A stretch of 64,000 nt of DNA from NCBI GenBank assembly GCA_046546095.1, contig JBKGYK010000001.1, positions 19,941 to 83,940 of the forward strand. The letters are read 5' to 3'. Positions within the stretch are counted from its first letter, which is position 1. Every line of letters starts with the position of its first letter. The notes under the pieces were generated by a model. It was not told the DNA's origin, made no database searches, and saw nothing but the letters and a program-made list of their open reading frames with translations. The DNA comes from Bacteroidales bacterium (GTDB lineage Bacteria > Bacteroidota > Bacteroidia > Bacteroidales > ML635J-15). This document shows positions 10,478 through 20,383 of this stretch, piece after piece. Made by a program: the position numbers and the translations under genes.

Positions 10478-11116
10478 TTATTTCAACAGTTTGATCACTT
10501 TTTCGGGATTATCGTTTTTGAATACAGCAGAACCAGCCACAACAGCATCGACACCGGATTTTTGGAGAATTTCCACATTGTCCGGAGAAACCCCACCATC
10601 CACTTCAATGATTAGTTTCGGGTTTTTACGGTCTGCCATTTCGCGCAATGCCTTGATTCTGCTGATACTTTCGGGGATAAAGGACTGTCCTCCAAACCCG
10701 GGATTCACAGACATGATAAGAACCAAATCTATTTCGGGCAAAATGCTTTCAAGCAGATGCACGGGAGAATGCGGATTTAAGGATACACCGGCTTTCATTC
10801 CGGCCTGTTTTATTTCCTGAATACACCGGTGCAAATGTGTAACAGCTTCATAATGCACAGTAAGTATATCGGCTCCGGCTTTTTGGAAATCCCTTACATA
10901 GCGCTCGGGTTTTTCAATCATCAGATGCACGTCCAGTGGTTTTTCCGCCACAGATTTTATTTGCGAAATAACAGGAAAGCCAAAGGTAATGTTTGGCACA
11001 TACATGCCATCCATGATATCCAGGTGAATCCAGTCTGCCCGGCTTTTGTTGAGCATTCGGATTTCATCCCCGAGTTTCAGGAAATCTGCCGATAATAATG
11101 ATGGTGATACAATCAT
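10478..11116 (-). CDS. rpe: Ribulose-phosphate 3-epimerase
   Basis: 212 aa with SLLSADF, HLDIMDG and MSVNPGFGGQSFI. Confidence 0.95.
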   Translation of the reverse strand: MIVSPSLLSADFLKLGDEIRMLNKSRADWIHLDIMDGMYVPNITFGFPVISQIKSVAEKPLDVHLMIEKPERYVRDFQKAGADILTVHYEAVTHLHRCIQEIKQAGMKAGVSLNPHSPVHLLESILPEIDLVLIMSVNPGFGGQSFIPESISRIKALREMADRKNPKLIIEVDGGVSPDNVEILQKSGVDAVVAGSAVFKNDNPEKVIKLLK

Positions 11117-11124
11117 TGTTTTTT

Positions 11125-11164
11125 TACTTGCAAAGAAAAAGAAAATCCCGGATTTCCGGGATTT
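11125..11164 (-). terminator. Intrinsic terminator directly after rpoD
   Basis: On the minus strand: TAA-ATCCCGG-AAAT-CCGGGATTT followed by TCTTTTTCTTTG. The 9-bp stem is 11143-11151 / 11156-11164, and the stop codon lies within the stem. Confidence 0.7.
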
Positions 11165-12029
11165 ATTTGAGATAAGATTTCAGGTTTTTGTGTCTGGATG
11201 ATTGTTTCAGCCGCCGGATGCAGGATTCTTTAAGCTGCCGTACCCGCTCTCTGGTCAGACCATAAATCTCACCAATTTCCTCAAGAGAGTGGGCATAATA
11301 TCCATTCAAGCCATAATACATTTTGATGATTTCGGCTTCTCTTTTGTTGAGTATGCTAAGCGTGCGGTTGATCTCTTTATTGAGCGATTCCTGCATTAGT
11401 TCATCATCCGGGGGAACATTGTCTTCAGACTCCATGAGATCTTCCATGGTACCATCATCGCCCTCATCTCCAATGGGCTTATTCATTGACAGTTTGCGAT
11501 TGACATTTCTCATATGCTCTTTCACATCACCCAGCCCTATTTGCATAAGATGTGCTATTTCCTCATCAGTAGGCTCACGCTGAAATTCCTGTTCAAGTTC
11601 GATTTTTGCTGAATTGATTTTCTGAATGGTACCGATTTTGTTCAATGGCAAGCGAATCAGGCGTCCCTGCACAGCCAAAGCATGGAGTATTGATTGTCTG
11701 ATCCACCATACAGCATAAGAAATAAACTTGAAGCCACGGGTTTCATCAAACCGTTGTGCCGCCTTGATGAGACCAAGATTTCCCTCATTAACAAGGTCTT
11801 GCAGACTCAAACCCTGGTTCTGATATTGCTTAGCAACAGATACAACAAAGCGCAAATTGGCATGCACCAACTTGTCCAGAGCCTTTTTATCACCCTGCTT
11901 GATTCTCTTGGCCAGTTCGATTTCTTCATCGGGGGAGATCATATCCATTTTTCCAATCTCCTGAAGATATCTCTCAAAGGCCGGAGTATCGCGGTTTGTT
12001 ATTTGCTTTGTTATTTTTAATTGCCTCAT
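11163..12029 (-). CDS. rpoD: RNA polymerase primary sigma factor (sigma-70 family, Bacteroidota sigma-A type)
   Basis: 288 aa. Region 2 FISYAVWWIRQSI and region 4.2 EEIGEIYGLTRERVRQLKE. Confidence 0.95.
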   Translation of the reverse strand: MRQLKITKQITNRDTPAFERYLQEIGKMDMISPDEEIELAKRIKQGDKKALDKLVHANLRFVVSVAKQYQNQGLSLQDLVNEGNLGLIKAAQRFDETRGFKFISYAVWWIRQSILHALAVQGRLIRLPLNKIGTIQKINSAKIELEQEFQREPTDEEIAHLMQIGLGDVKEHMRNVNRKLSMNKPIGDEGDDGTMEDLMESEDNVPPDDELMQESLNKEINRTLSILNKREAEIIKMYYGLNGYYAHSLEEIGEIYGLTRERVRQLKESCIRRLKQSSRHKNLKSYLK

Positions 12030-12192
12030 TTTTTTATTCCTTCCTCTTAATGATAATTTGCATTAAGTATTGTTTTCTTTCTTCTTATACGTAGACGTTT
12101 ATTTTATTGTTTTGGTTGCCTAATGTTAACAACATAAGCATCAATTTTGTTGTAATGATTGAAATATTAAGGCAATAATGTTGATAACTTAC

Positions 12193-12223
12193 TTTGCCAC
12201 AACAAAAATTATTTGTATGTTTG
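12193..12223 (+). promoter_or_regulatory. Bacteroidota-type promoter for rho (-33 TTTG / -7 TAnnTTTG)
   Basis: TTTG at 12193-12196, a 19-nt spacer, then TATGTTTG at 12216-12223. This leaves a leader of about 120 nt before the rho ATG at 12349. Confidence 0.6.
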
Positions 12224-12348
12224 CCGCACATTCAATAAAACAACAATTAAGGATATTCTTTTATATCCCTTAAAAACACTCTAAATTTTCTGACATTATA
12301 GTGTAAAACGCAAAAAATGCGAAATAGTTAATTTAATTTAAACAATAC

Positions 12349-14199
12349 ATGTACGACATTCTCGATTTAAATCAGAAGAAACTTCCTGAACTGAGACTAA
12401 TAGCAAAACGATTAAATATAAAGCGTTTAAATTCCTACCGAAAAAAGGAACTTGTTTACGCTATCCTCGATGCCCAGGCCATCGAAGAGTCTCAAAGCAA
12501 CAACAAGCAAAAAACTCAGGATAGTAAAGGTGATAAACAGGACAACCGAAATGAGAAATCCCGCAAATCACCCCGGCCCCGTAAGCGTAGTGAAAAAGTA
12601 GCTACCGCCGATCCCGAACAGAACAAGATTACTTTTGACAAACCCAGGGACAAAACCAGGGAAGAAAACAAAACCGAAGGTTCTGTTGCAGACAAAGATT
12701 CAGGTAAAAATGCATCAGGTGAACAAAACAAGCCGGAGCAAACCTCCCGCTCACACCGAAAACACCGCAGGCACGAGGCTCAACCGGCTCCAAAGCCGCA
12801 GCAAAAACCTGCAAAAGCATCTCCTGCTCAGGAATCTAAGCAAGCCGATAAACCGGTAGTAAAAGAACAAGAGAAAAAGAAAGCACCAAGGCCGCAAAGA
12901 CCAGAGCCCCCAAAAAATGTTGAGAAAAAACCTCAACAGGAACAAACGGCTCAGTCTCCTGACAAAAGCAAAAACCTACAGCATGACAAACGCCATGGTG
13001 GGCAGAACAATAGTAACACTCAGCAGAAGTATCAAAAGAACAACAAAGACAAGCGAAACGACAATACACCTTTTGACTTCAGCGGCCTGATTACAAGCAC
13101 AGGTGTTCTGGAAATCATGCCGGACGGCTTTGGTTTCTTACGTTCATCAGACTTTAATTATCTGAGCAGCCCCGATGATATTTATGTTTCCCAATCACAA
13201 ATCAAGCTTTTTGGATTAAAAACAGGAGATACCATCGAAGGCACCATCCGTCCGCCGAAAGAAGGAGAAAAGTTTTTCCCGCTCATCAAAATCAAGAGCA
13301 TAAACGGGCGCACACCTGAATTTGTCAGAGACCGTATCCCGTTCGACCACCTGACACCAATTTTCCCGGATGATAAATTCAACATACTCGGTAAAGGACA
13401 GGATAGCCTGAGTACCCGTATTGTTGACCTCTTCTCTCCCATTGGTAAAGGACAACGTGGACTGATTGTTTCACAGCCGAAAACAGGAAAAACAGTTCTT
13501 CTGCAGCAAATTGCCAATGCCATCGCAACAAATCACCCTGAAGTGTATCTGATGATACTTTTGGTTGATGAGCGCCCGGAAGAGGTAACTGACATGGCCA
13601 GAAATGTGAATGCTGAAGTTGTTTCTTCCACCTTTGATGAACCGGCAGAACGACATGTAAAAGTGTCAAACATCGTACTGGAAAAAGCCAAACGCATGGT
13701 AGAATGCGGACATGATGTTGTCATCCTGCTCGACTCAATCACACGCCTGGCCAGAGCACACAATACCGTTGCACCAGCATCAGGCCGTGTACTCTCAGGT
13801 GGTGTGGATGCAAATGCATTACACAAACCAAAACGTTTCTTTGGCGCAGCCAGAAACATCGAAAAAGGCGGATCACTTACCATACTGGCCACAGCTCTGA
13901 CTGAAACAGGCTCCAAAATGGATGATGTTATCTTCGAAGAGTTTAAAGGAACAGGTAATATGGAATTGCAGCTTGACCGCAAACTTTCAAACCGCAGGAT
14001 TTACCCATCACTCGATATTACAGCCTCCAGCACACGTCGCGAAGACCTGCTGCACTCCAAAGAGTTGCTGAACAGAATCTGGGTACTGCGCAAATTCCTC
14101 TCCGATATGACATCTATAGAAGCCATGAACTTCATGAGACAGCGTTTACCACAAACAAAATCAAACGAAGAGTTTCTTGCTACCATGGACAAAGGATAA
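12349..14199 (+). CDS. rho: Transcription termination factor Rho with about 200-aa low-complexity insertion
   Basis: 616 aa. N-terminal helical bundle, then a K/Q/P/E/N-rich segment (about aa 46-245). CSD-like [16 protein letters not shown]-loop SQPKTGKT, and [10 protein letters not shown]. Confidence 0.95.
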   Translation: MYDILDLNQKKLPELRLIAKRLNIKRLNSYRKKELVYAILDAQAIEESQSNNKQKTQDSKGDKQDNRNEKSRKSPRPRKRSEKVATADPEQNKITFDKPRDKTREENKTEGSVADKDSGKNASGEQNKPEQTSRSHRKHRRHEAQPAPKPQQKPAKASPAQESKQADKPVVKEQEKKKAPRPQRPEPPKNVEKKPQQEQTAQSPDKSKNLQHDKRHGGQNNSNTQQKYQKNNKDKRNDNTPFDFSGLITSTGVLEIMPDGFGFLRSSDFNYLSSPDDIYVSQSQIKLFGLKTGDTIEGTIRPPKEGEKFFPLIKIKSINGRTPEFVRDRIPFDHLTPIFPDDKFNILGKGQDSLSTRIVDLFSPIGKGQRGLIVSQPKTGKTVLLQQIANAIATNHPEVYLMILLVDERPEEVTDMARNVNAEVVSSTFDEPAERHVKVSNIVLEKAKRMVECGHDVVILLDSITRLARAHNTVAPASGRVLSGGVDANALHKPKRFFGAARNIEKGGSLTILATALTETGSKMDDVIFEEFKGTGNMELQLDRKLSNRRIYPSLDITASSTRREDLLHSKELLNRIWVLRKFLSDMTSIEAMNFMRQRLPQTKSNEEFLATMDKG

Positions 14200-14225
14200 C
14201 AACAAATAAAAAATATCATTTATCA

Positions 14226-14259
14226 AAACCCGGGGCCATGTCTCCGGGTTTCGTTTTTT
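14226..14259 (+). terminator. Intrinsic terminator after rho
   Basis: AAACCCGG(GG)-loop-(CT)CCGGGTTT followed by CGTTTTTT. The stem is 14226-14235 / 14242-14251. Confidence 0.8.
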
Positions 14260-14399
14260 ACCCCATAATACCTCATAGACTGCTATGCTTCAACCACTTG
14301 AAGGATCCACTTCCACACATCCAGCTACGCCTGACATCAAGTATTTTTGACATGTAGCATATTTTTTCGTATATTTTGTCAGAATTAATCCGGAAAATC

Positions 14400-15869
14400 A
14401 TGAAAAACCTTAAAGCAAAGCCATATTATTTAGCAGTCTGTTGCCTGATTTTGATAAGCGTGCTTTTCCCGGCATGCAATAAGGACAATGAATCAAAAAG
14501 ATCATCCCGAAAGCAGGATGTCACAGACGGACAAATTACTCCCCGCGACCTTGATGAAATCAAAGAAGACGGAAAACTGGTGGCCCTGACTACATTCAGC
14601 AACACAAGTTACTTCTTGTATCGCGGTCAGACCATGGGTTTTGAATATGAGTTACTTAAACGTTATGCTGATCATCTGGACGTAGAGCTTGAAATAAAAG
14701 TTTCTCACAGTATTGACAGTTTGCTGCCAAAAATTCAAAACGGGGAAGCAGACATACTTGCACACGGTATGACAATCACCTCCGACAGAAAAAACAAAGT
14801 GGATTTTACCGATTATCTGTTTCTTACACATCAGGTGCTAGTACAAAAGAAACCGGACAACTGGCGGCAAATGCACTGGAGTGAGATTGAAAAAGCGCTC
14901 ATACATGACGCCATTGAACTCATCGGTGATACGGTATCGATCAGGAAAAATTCGTCCTATTTTAAACGCATACAAAACCTGTCAAAAGAAATCGGCGGTA
15001 AAATATACATCGACACACTTCCCGGAGACCTTTCTACGGATGAAATCATCCAAATGGTGGCAGAAGGGGAAATTAAATACACCATTGCAGATGACAACAT
15101 CGCCGGCATCATGGCATCTTATCTGCCGGTTTTGAACATAGAAGTGCCTGTGAGTTTTTCGCAACGCATCAGTTGGGCTGTCAATCAGTCATCTGAAAAC
15201 TTGCTGGCAGAAACCAATGGGTGGTTAAATCAAATAAAGGATGAGGCTGATTATTACGTGATATACAATAAATACTTTAAAAACCGCAGCAGATTCAAGA
15301 GCCGTGTTGAGAGCGAATTTTACAGCCTCAACAACAACAAAATCAGCAGATATGATGAAACAATCCAAAAATATGCACTGCAGATTGGCTGGGACTGGCG
15401 CCTGTTGGCTTCTCAGATATATCAGGAGTCTCAATTTGATCCGGTAGCACGATCATGGGCAGGCGCACAGGGACTGATGCAAATTATGCCAGCAACAGCC
15501 AGAGAACTTGGCGTGACAAATGTTTACAATCCCGAACAAAGCATCAAAGGTGGCACAAAATATCTGGATCGAATCTACCACCGCTTTGATGAAATAGAAG
15601 ACAGTATCCAGCGCATCAAATTCACACTGGCATCATACAATTGCGGCTACGGGCACGTTCTGGATGCACAGGAACTGGCAAAATATCAAAACCTGAAGGA
15701 TGATATCTGGGATGACAATGTCGAAAAGATGATACTGAAGCTATCCAACCCACAATACTACAATTTACCAATCATAAAATATGGTTATGTGCGTGGCCTG
15801 GAACCGTATCTTTATGTTGATCATATTTTCAAGCGCTATGTACATTACCGTCAATTTATTCAGAATTAG
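14400..15869 (+). CDS. MltF-like lytic murein transglycosylase (periplasmic solute-binding-like domain + SLT domain)
   Basis: Lipobox LFPAC, an SBP_bac_3-like N-terminal half, and an SLT motif QIYQESQFDPVARSWAGAQGLMQIM...ASYNCG. The track start at 14376 is TTG; ATG 14400 is preferred. Confidence 0.8.
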   Translation: MKNLKAKPYYLAVCCLILISVLFPACNKDNESKRSSRKQDVTDGQITPRDLDEIKEDGKLVALTTFSNTSYFLYRGQTMGFEYELLKRYADHLDVELEIKVSHSIDSLLPKIQNGEADILAHGMTITSDRKNKVDFTDYLFLTHQVLVQKKPDNWRQMHWSEIEKALIHDAIELIGDTVSIRKNSSYFKRIQNLSKEIGGKIYIDTLPGDLSTDEIIQMVAEGEIKYTIADDNIAGIMASYLPVLNIEVPVSFSQRISWAVNQSSENLLAETNGWLNQIKDEADYYVIYNKYFKNRSRFKSRVESEFYSLNNNKISRYDETIQKYALQIGWDWRLLASQIYQESQFDPVARSWAGAQGLMQIMPATARELGVTNVYNPEQSIKGGTKYLDRIYHRFDEIEDSIQRIKFTLASYNCGYGHVLDAQELAKYQNLKDDIWDDNVEKMILKLSNPQYYNLPIIKYGYVRGLEPYLYVDHIFKRYVHYRQFIQN

Positions 15870-15893
15870 CAAGTAAAACAGAAGAATAAATTT

Positions 15894-17267
15894 TCAGTAT
15901 TCCAGGATTTTCAGGCGTTTTGCATACTTATCCATGTATTGTCTGATGATTACCTGTACATCTTTGTTGTCAGGAAATGGTCTGATACAATCCAGAATCT
16001 CCTCCTGCCTTTCGGCAAGCACACGGTTGATGTAGCCGTACCCAACATATCTGCCCTGCTGAAGTTGCACAACTCCAAGCTCTTCATCGTTGCGCCCCCG
16101 TTCAACCAACAACAAATTGCTTTCCACGACACTGTATTTTCGCAGCAGTTTTTTCACTCTCTTATTGTATTCATCCGGAGTTTCTTTGCCGATACATGCT
16201 CCCTTGCACTCACCCAAACCATGACCAAAACATGCTCCTGCAGATTCGTACAAGCCACAGAGTTTCTGACACAGTGTAAAATCTTCAGCCCATCTGAAAA
16301 GGGTTGCTTTGGCAGATTTCATGGAAGTAAAACAAAGAACAGGGGTCTCCTCTGATTCTGCGGTTCTGAGCAAACGCAAGTGGAGGTAATCACGCTCATC
16401 GCTATATACATACAAACCGTACCTGCTCACTGAACGTCGCTGGGCACGGTTAAACCGGGGTTTTTGCACCTTTATCTCGTGTGATTCTTTCAGCAGGGCA
16501 ATCAATTCACTGCCTGTGATTTCATAATCAATGTCTGCAATTTTAGATTTCATCTCCACTGCTCTGCCCGTATTTTCATTGTTCAGGTGGGAATGAACAC
16601 GCTTATAAATATTGTTGCTCTTGCCAATGTACAGTAAACTTCCTGTATCATCGTAAAAATAATACACACCTGTTTCTTCAGGAAGTGCCTTGACGCTTTC
16701 AATACGCAAGCCGGCATGCAAGCCACGGAAACCAGTACTTTCAACATGCAGACCACGATTTTCCAGAATGTCCTTTTTCCTGAGCCATGCAAAAAGATCA
16801 ACTGTTGCACGTGCATCACCTGCGGCTCTATGCCTGTCGGTTATTTCTATGTTCAGATACTCGCTGAGGATATCAAGTTTATGCGAACTCAGCTCCGGCA
16901 ACAATTTCCGGGATAATCTTACGGTATCAATGGTATCGCGCTTGTAATCATATCCGAGTTGCCTGAATTCGTTTTTGATAAAATTGTAATCAAAATTTAC
17001 ATTATGGCCCACAACTACGGAATCTTCCGTGATTTCAATGATTTTCCTAGCAATTTCATAAAAACAGGGAGCATCCTCTACCATTTCGTTGGTAATGCCT
17101 GTGAGCCCAGTGATAAAGGGTGGAATACGGCATTCCGGGTTAACCAGGCTTTCAAATGAATCTGTGATTCTCTGCCCGTCATAAATATAAATGGCGATAT
17201 CGGTGATTTTATCGCGCCGCGGACTTCCGCCTGTGGTTTCCACATCAAGGACAGCGTAACGTGTCAC
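15894..17267 (-). CDS. DnaQ-like 3'-5' exonuclease fused to a GIY-YIG (UvrC N-terminal-like) nuclease domain
   Basis: GTG start. ExoI YAVLDVETTG, ExoII VVGHNVNFDYNF, ExoIII HRAAGDA. GIY-YIG motif GVYYFYDDTGSLLYIGKSNNIYKRVHSH. Cys cluster CQKLCGLYESAGACFGHGLGECKGAC. Confidence 0.85.
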   Translation of the reverse strand: MTRYAVLDVETTGGSPRRDKITDIAIYIYDGQRITDSFESLVNPECRIPPFITGLTGITNEMVEDAPCFYEIARKIIEITEDSVVVGHNVNFDYNFIKNEFRQLGYDYKRDTIDTVRLSRKLLPELSSHKLDILSEYLNIEITDRHRAAGDARATVDLFAWLRKKDILENRGLHVESTGFRGLHAGLRIESVKALPEETGVYYFYDDTGSLLYIGKSNNIYKRVHSHLNNENTGRAVEMKSKIADIDYEITGSELIALLKESHEIKVQKPRFNRAQRRSVSRYGLYVYSDERDYLHLRLLRTAESEETPVLCFTSMKSAKATLFRWAEDFTLCQKLCGLYESAGACFGHGLGECKGACIGKETPDEYNKRVKKLLRKYSVVESNLLLVERGRNDEELGVVQLQQGRYVGYGYINRVLAERQEEILDCIRPFPDNKDVQVIIRQYMDKYAKRLKILEY

Positions 17268-17593
17268 TTTTTCTTTGATTTTTTTGATTTTTTACCCCCG
17301 ATTTGCTCTACATCAACATATGCAGGCCTGCGCATGAAAATCACCATAAGTGCACCTGCGATGCCGCCAGCAATGCCACCGCTCAACCCTGGTAAACCAG
17401 CGTATATCATAATCACATGAAGGACAAACAAGCCCACCAGAACAAAAAATGCAAGCTTAGCTATATTCTTCCATTTGTATTCCACCCTGACCCGTGCACC
17501 ACAATTCACACAATACATATCAGGCAAGCCCCTTCTCTTGACAAAAGGGCGTTTCAGCAAGTTACCGCTGTGATGACAATTCGGACATTCCAT
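17264..17593 (-). CDS. Zinc-ribbon membrane protein, function unknown
   Basis: 109 aa. CPNC...CVNC zinc-ribbon pairs, two hydrophobic helices and a Lys-rich tail. Its stop overlaps the downstream GTG start (GTGA). Confidence 0.55.
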   Translation of the reverse strand: MECPNCHHSGNLLKRPFVKRRGLPDMYCVNCGARVRVEYKWKNIAKLAFFVLVGLFVLHVIMIYAGLPGLSGGIAGGIAGALMVIFMRRPAYVDVEQIGGKKSKKSKKK

Positions 17594-17818
17594 GAAGCAA
17601 AGTTAACATCTAATTCATTGTTTTCAAAAAATGCAAACACAAATACTGCTTCCGCATTTCTGACACTCTACCGGCAATCATCAACTATATCGAAAGCTAA
17701 AATATACCATCATCATTCCCGGATAATGCGGGAAACACAGATATTTGCTTAAACCATTTCCTTTCAATATTGTTATGTATTGGCACAGGTTTTATTATCT
17801 TTAACGAAAGCTCAGATT

Positions 17819-18502
17819 ATGAAAAACACGATACTCTTATTGATTTTTGCAAGCATAAGTATGGCTCTTTATGCACAGGATGAAAACCTTGTGACACTGG
17901 AAGCCACAGTTTCCGATATGAAAGACAATCCTCGCCACGGGGAACAGATTTTATTTGAAAGTGAAACAACAGACAATACGTATTCTGCAGTCACCGACAA
18001 AAGCGGCAAACTAAGTCTGCAACTGCCCGGCCCGGACACCTATCTGATTAAGGTGAAAGGCATTGGTTCTGAACTGGATTACAACAAAATTGAAATCCCG
18101 GAACTACAGCCGAACCAGAGTTATGGCACCTTCGAGCTGACCATCAAATTTGATCCTCCCCGGACATTCGTACTTGACAACGTTTATTTTGATACGGGCA
18201 AATCTACCATCAAACACTCCTCCACTGCAGAGCTGAACGAGTTGAAGGAGTATCTCGAATTAAAACCCTCTGTCAGGATTGAAATTGCAGGACATACAGA
18301 TGATGTAGGTTCCGATGAGAGCAATATGACCTTATCGCAAAACCGAGCCGAAGCTGTGCGGAACTGGCTGATAAGAAGAGGCATTGATGGTGACAGAATA
18401 AAAGCCAAAGGCTATGGTGAAAACCAACCGGTCGCTCCCAATAATTCACCGGAAAACAGGCAAAAAAATCGCAGAACAGAAGTCAGAATTCTGAGCGAGT
18501 AA
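17819..18502 (+). CDS. OmpA-family (peptidoglycan-binding) protein
   Basis: Signal peptide from ATG 17819. OmpA_C motif VRIEIAGHTDDVGSDESNMTLSQNRAEAV...NRRTEVRI. Confidence 0.85.
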   Translation: MKNTILLLIFASISMALYAQDENLVTLEATVSDMKDNPRHGEQILFESETTDNTYSAVTDKSGKLSLQLPGPDTYLIKVKGIGSELDYNKIEIPELQPNQSYGTFELTIKFDPPRTFVLDNVYFDTGKSTIKHSSTAELNELKEYLELKPSVRIEIAGHTDDVGSDESNMTLSQNRAEAVRNWLIRRGIDGDRIKAKGYGENQPVAPNNSPENRQKNRRTEVRILSE

Positions 18503-18732
18503 AAAACAACAGGCAAAAAAAGACGTTTCTGATCATTTCGGGTATTTCCCTGTGATCATCTGGCTTTACTGCTTATTGCGCAAAATCAAAATCTTCATTA
18601 ATGCCGTATTCTGCCGGCACTTCCGCTGGGGAACCAAATGATCCGGGTAGTTTACACATAAAAATAACGAAAAAACCTGAACAATATGCTCGTTCGGGGT
18701 TTAGTATGATGAACCCTTAAAATCAAAAAATA

Positions 18733-18927
18733 ATGGCTATTAAAAATTTAAGAATCGAAGAAGGATGCACTGCATGTGGTGTATGTGAAGAAGTTGCACC
18801 GGATGTTTTTAAAGTAGAAGATGAAGCAATCATCATTGAAGGCGCAGATTTGGCGGCCAATGAAGATGAAATCAGAGAGGCTGCCGAAGAATGCCCGGTT
18901 GAAGTAATACAATTTGATGAAGCCTGA
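18733..18927 (+). CDS. Small ferredoxin (single Fe-S cluster type)
   Basis: 64 aa, acidic, with CTACGVCEEVAP ... ECPVEVI. Confidence 0.8.
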   Translation: MAIKNLRIEEGCTACGVCEEVAPDVFKVEDEAIIIEGADLAANEDEIREAAEECPVEVIQFDEA

Positions 18928-18944
18928 TCAGTGTAAAACTAAAA

Positions 18945-18972
18945 GATGGCCGCTCCGGGCGGAGCGGCCATC
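18945..18972. terminator. GC-rich 12-bp perfect hairpin between convergent genes (likely bidirectional terminator)
   Basis: GATGGCCGCTCC-GGGC-GGAGCGGCCATC, flanked by A4 upstream and A6 downstream. A T-tract therefore follows the hairpin only on the minus strand. Confidence 0.65.
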
Positions 18973-19146
18973 AAAAAACCAATTAAACTAAACCATTAAC
19001 CATTAATCTCCGCTAAGGGGCCACGGACAAGCCATATTCTTTATTTTAGCACCAATTATTCTACATTTACAAAGATATATAAGCCGGCAATTATACCATC
19101 CGTACTAATACTTATTTTTAATATAAGCCTTTTTGCCTAATTATCA

Positions 19147-20310
19147 CTACGTATTTACACGTATGTACTGAACAAAAAACAAAGACAGCAAAGCAATGCC
19201 TGCGCCAGCAATAAAAGGTATACGCCAGTTAAGCAGCCACAGAGCACCACCCAGCACCGGAATAACAACAGCAGAAATGTGATTGATTGCATAAGCCGTA
19301 CTTACTGACGGGGCGACATCCTGCGGATCTGCAACTTTCTGAAAATAAGTATTGATGCCCATAGCAAAGCCAAAAAATATGTGATCAATTACATACAATA
19401 CAAGTACAAACCATACCTGCTCAATAAAAGCATAGCCCAGAAAAACCAGGAAAAGGCTGCTGTATTCCAGGCTAAGCATTTTTCGTTCACCAAAACGCGC
19501 AATGCCCCGTGCAATATAAGGGTAAACAAAAAAGGTCAAAAGATTATTGATAATATAAAGTATGGATACCTGCTGCACCGAAAAACCATACTTTTTAACA
19601 AGCATAAAAACGGCAAATACAACAAAAATTTGTCTCCTTGCACCACTGAGAAAACTTAACAGGTAATAAAGCCGGTATTTTTTCTTAATAAACAAATGTT
19701 TGCGCTGCCTGATCACAACATCCAGATTGCGCCTGTCGGTAAGTGCATATACACCCAGGCCAATGACGATAAGCCCAAATGCCAGGTAAATGAACTTCAT
19801 TGCCACATAGCCGGCAATAAACCATATCAATAACCCGACAAGAATGTTAATGATGGCACCATAGGATTTGTATCTCGCCAGCATGTGAGGAGATTCGTCT
19901 GTACTGAAATGCTGCAGGGTGAGTGATTTATTGACAGTTTCGAAATAATGAAAGCCAAGTGAAAACACAAAAGTGGTAAGCAACAGACCTGTAAGGCTCG
20001 GAAAAAAGCCTGTTACAGCAAGCCCGCCTCCCATCAGAACAATGGCCCAGGCAGCAAACCGGTGCTCACGAAATAACAGTAAAAAAAATACGACAAAAAA
20101 AGTTAATAAACCGGGCAATTCCCGGACCGACTGAATGCTTCCCACGGCCAGACCGCCAAGGCCAACCTCATCAACAGCAAAATTATTAAAAAGGGTGCGC
20201 CATGCCTGCAAACCGGCCACAGATACAAGTGCCAGCAGCATCAGGTATGAATAGGCTTTGTTCTGTTTCATCCCTTCCAGCACAATCTTTCGCTGCTCTT
20301 TTCGTGTCAT
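19147..20310 (-). CDS. MFS transporter
   Basis: 387 aa with about 12 predicted TM helices and an MFS-like loop R/K motif. Confidence 0.8.
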   Translation of the reverse strand: MTRKEQRKIVLEGMKQNKAYSYLMLLALVSVAGLQAWRTLFNNFAVDEVGLGGLAVGSIQSVRELPGLLTFFVVFFLLLFREHRFAAWAIVLMGGGLAVTGFFPSLTGLLLTTFVFSLGFHYFETVNKSLTLQHFSTDESPHMLARYKSYGAIINILVGLLIWFIAGYVAMKFIYLAFGLIVIGLGVYALTDRRNLDVVIRQRKHLFIKKKYRLYYLLSFLSGARRQIFVVFAVFMLVKKYGFSVQQVSILYIINNLLTFFVYPYIARGIARFGERKMLSLEYSSLFLVFLGYAFIEQVWFVLVLYVIDHIFFGFAMGINTYFQKVADPQDVAPSVSTAYAINHISAVVIPVLGGALWLLNWRIPFIAGAGIALLSLFFVQYIRVNT

Positions 20311-20383
20311 GCTGCAAAGGTGTGGAGTTTAATCAGAAAAACCAATCATTTTGAACAAATGTTCACATAATTGAATTCATGCA

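Noticed and set aside
12516-13069. A stack of 60-80-aa ORFs on both strands inside the 5' third of rho.
   Set aside because: They are a by-product of the stop-poor, low-complexity K/Q/P-coding DNA of the Rho insertion and are not independent genes.
18676-18716. Two mutually exclusive small hairpins (CCTGAAC/GTTCGGG versus GGGTT/AACCC) plus a 7-codon mini-ORF in the 230-nt region upstream of the ferredoxin gene, which looks attenuator-like.
   Set aside because: The stems are only 5-7 bp with a wobble pair, there is no U-tract, and I recognise no riboswitch core. Structures this weak arise by chance in any 200-nt AT-rich leader.
20352-20365. Perfect palindrome TGAACA-AA-TGTTCA (GAAC-N4-GTTC, reminiscent of the Gram-positive LexA/Cheo box), 42-55 nt upstream of the MFS transporter start.
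   Set aside because: Six-bp arms at a fixed spacing are expected about 15 times by chance in 64 kb. The downstream gene is not an SOS-type gene, no similar box lies upstream of uvrA or the DnaQ/GIY-YIG gene, and I do not know that this motif is used by Bacteroidota LexA.
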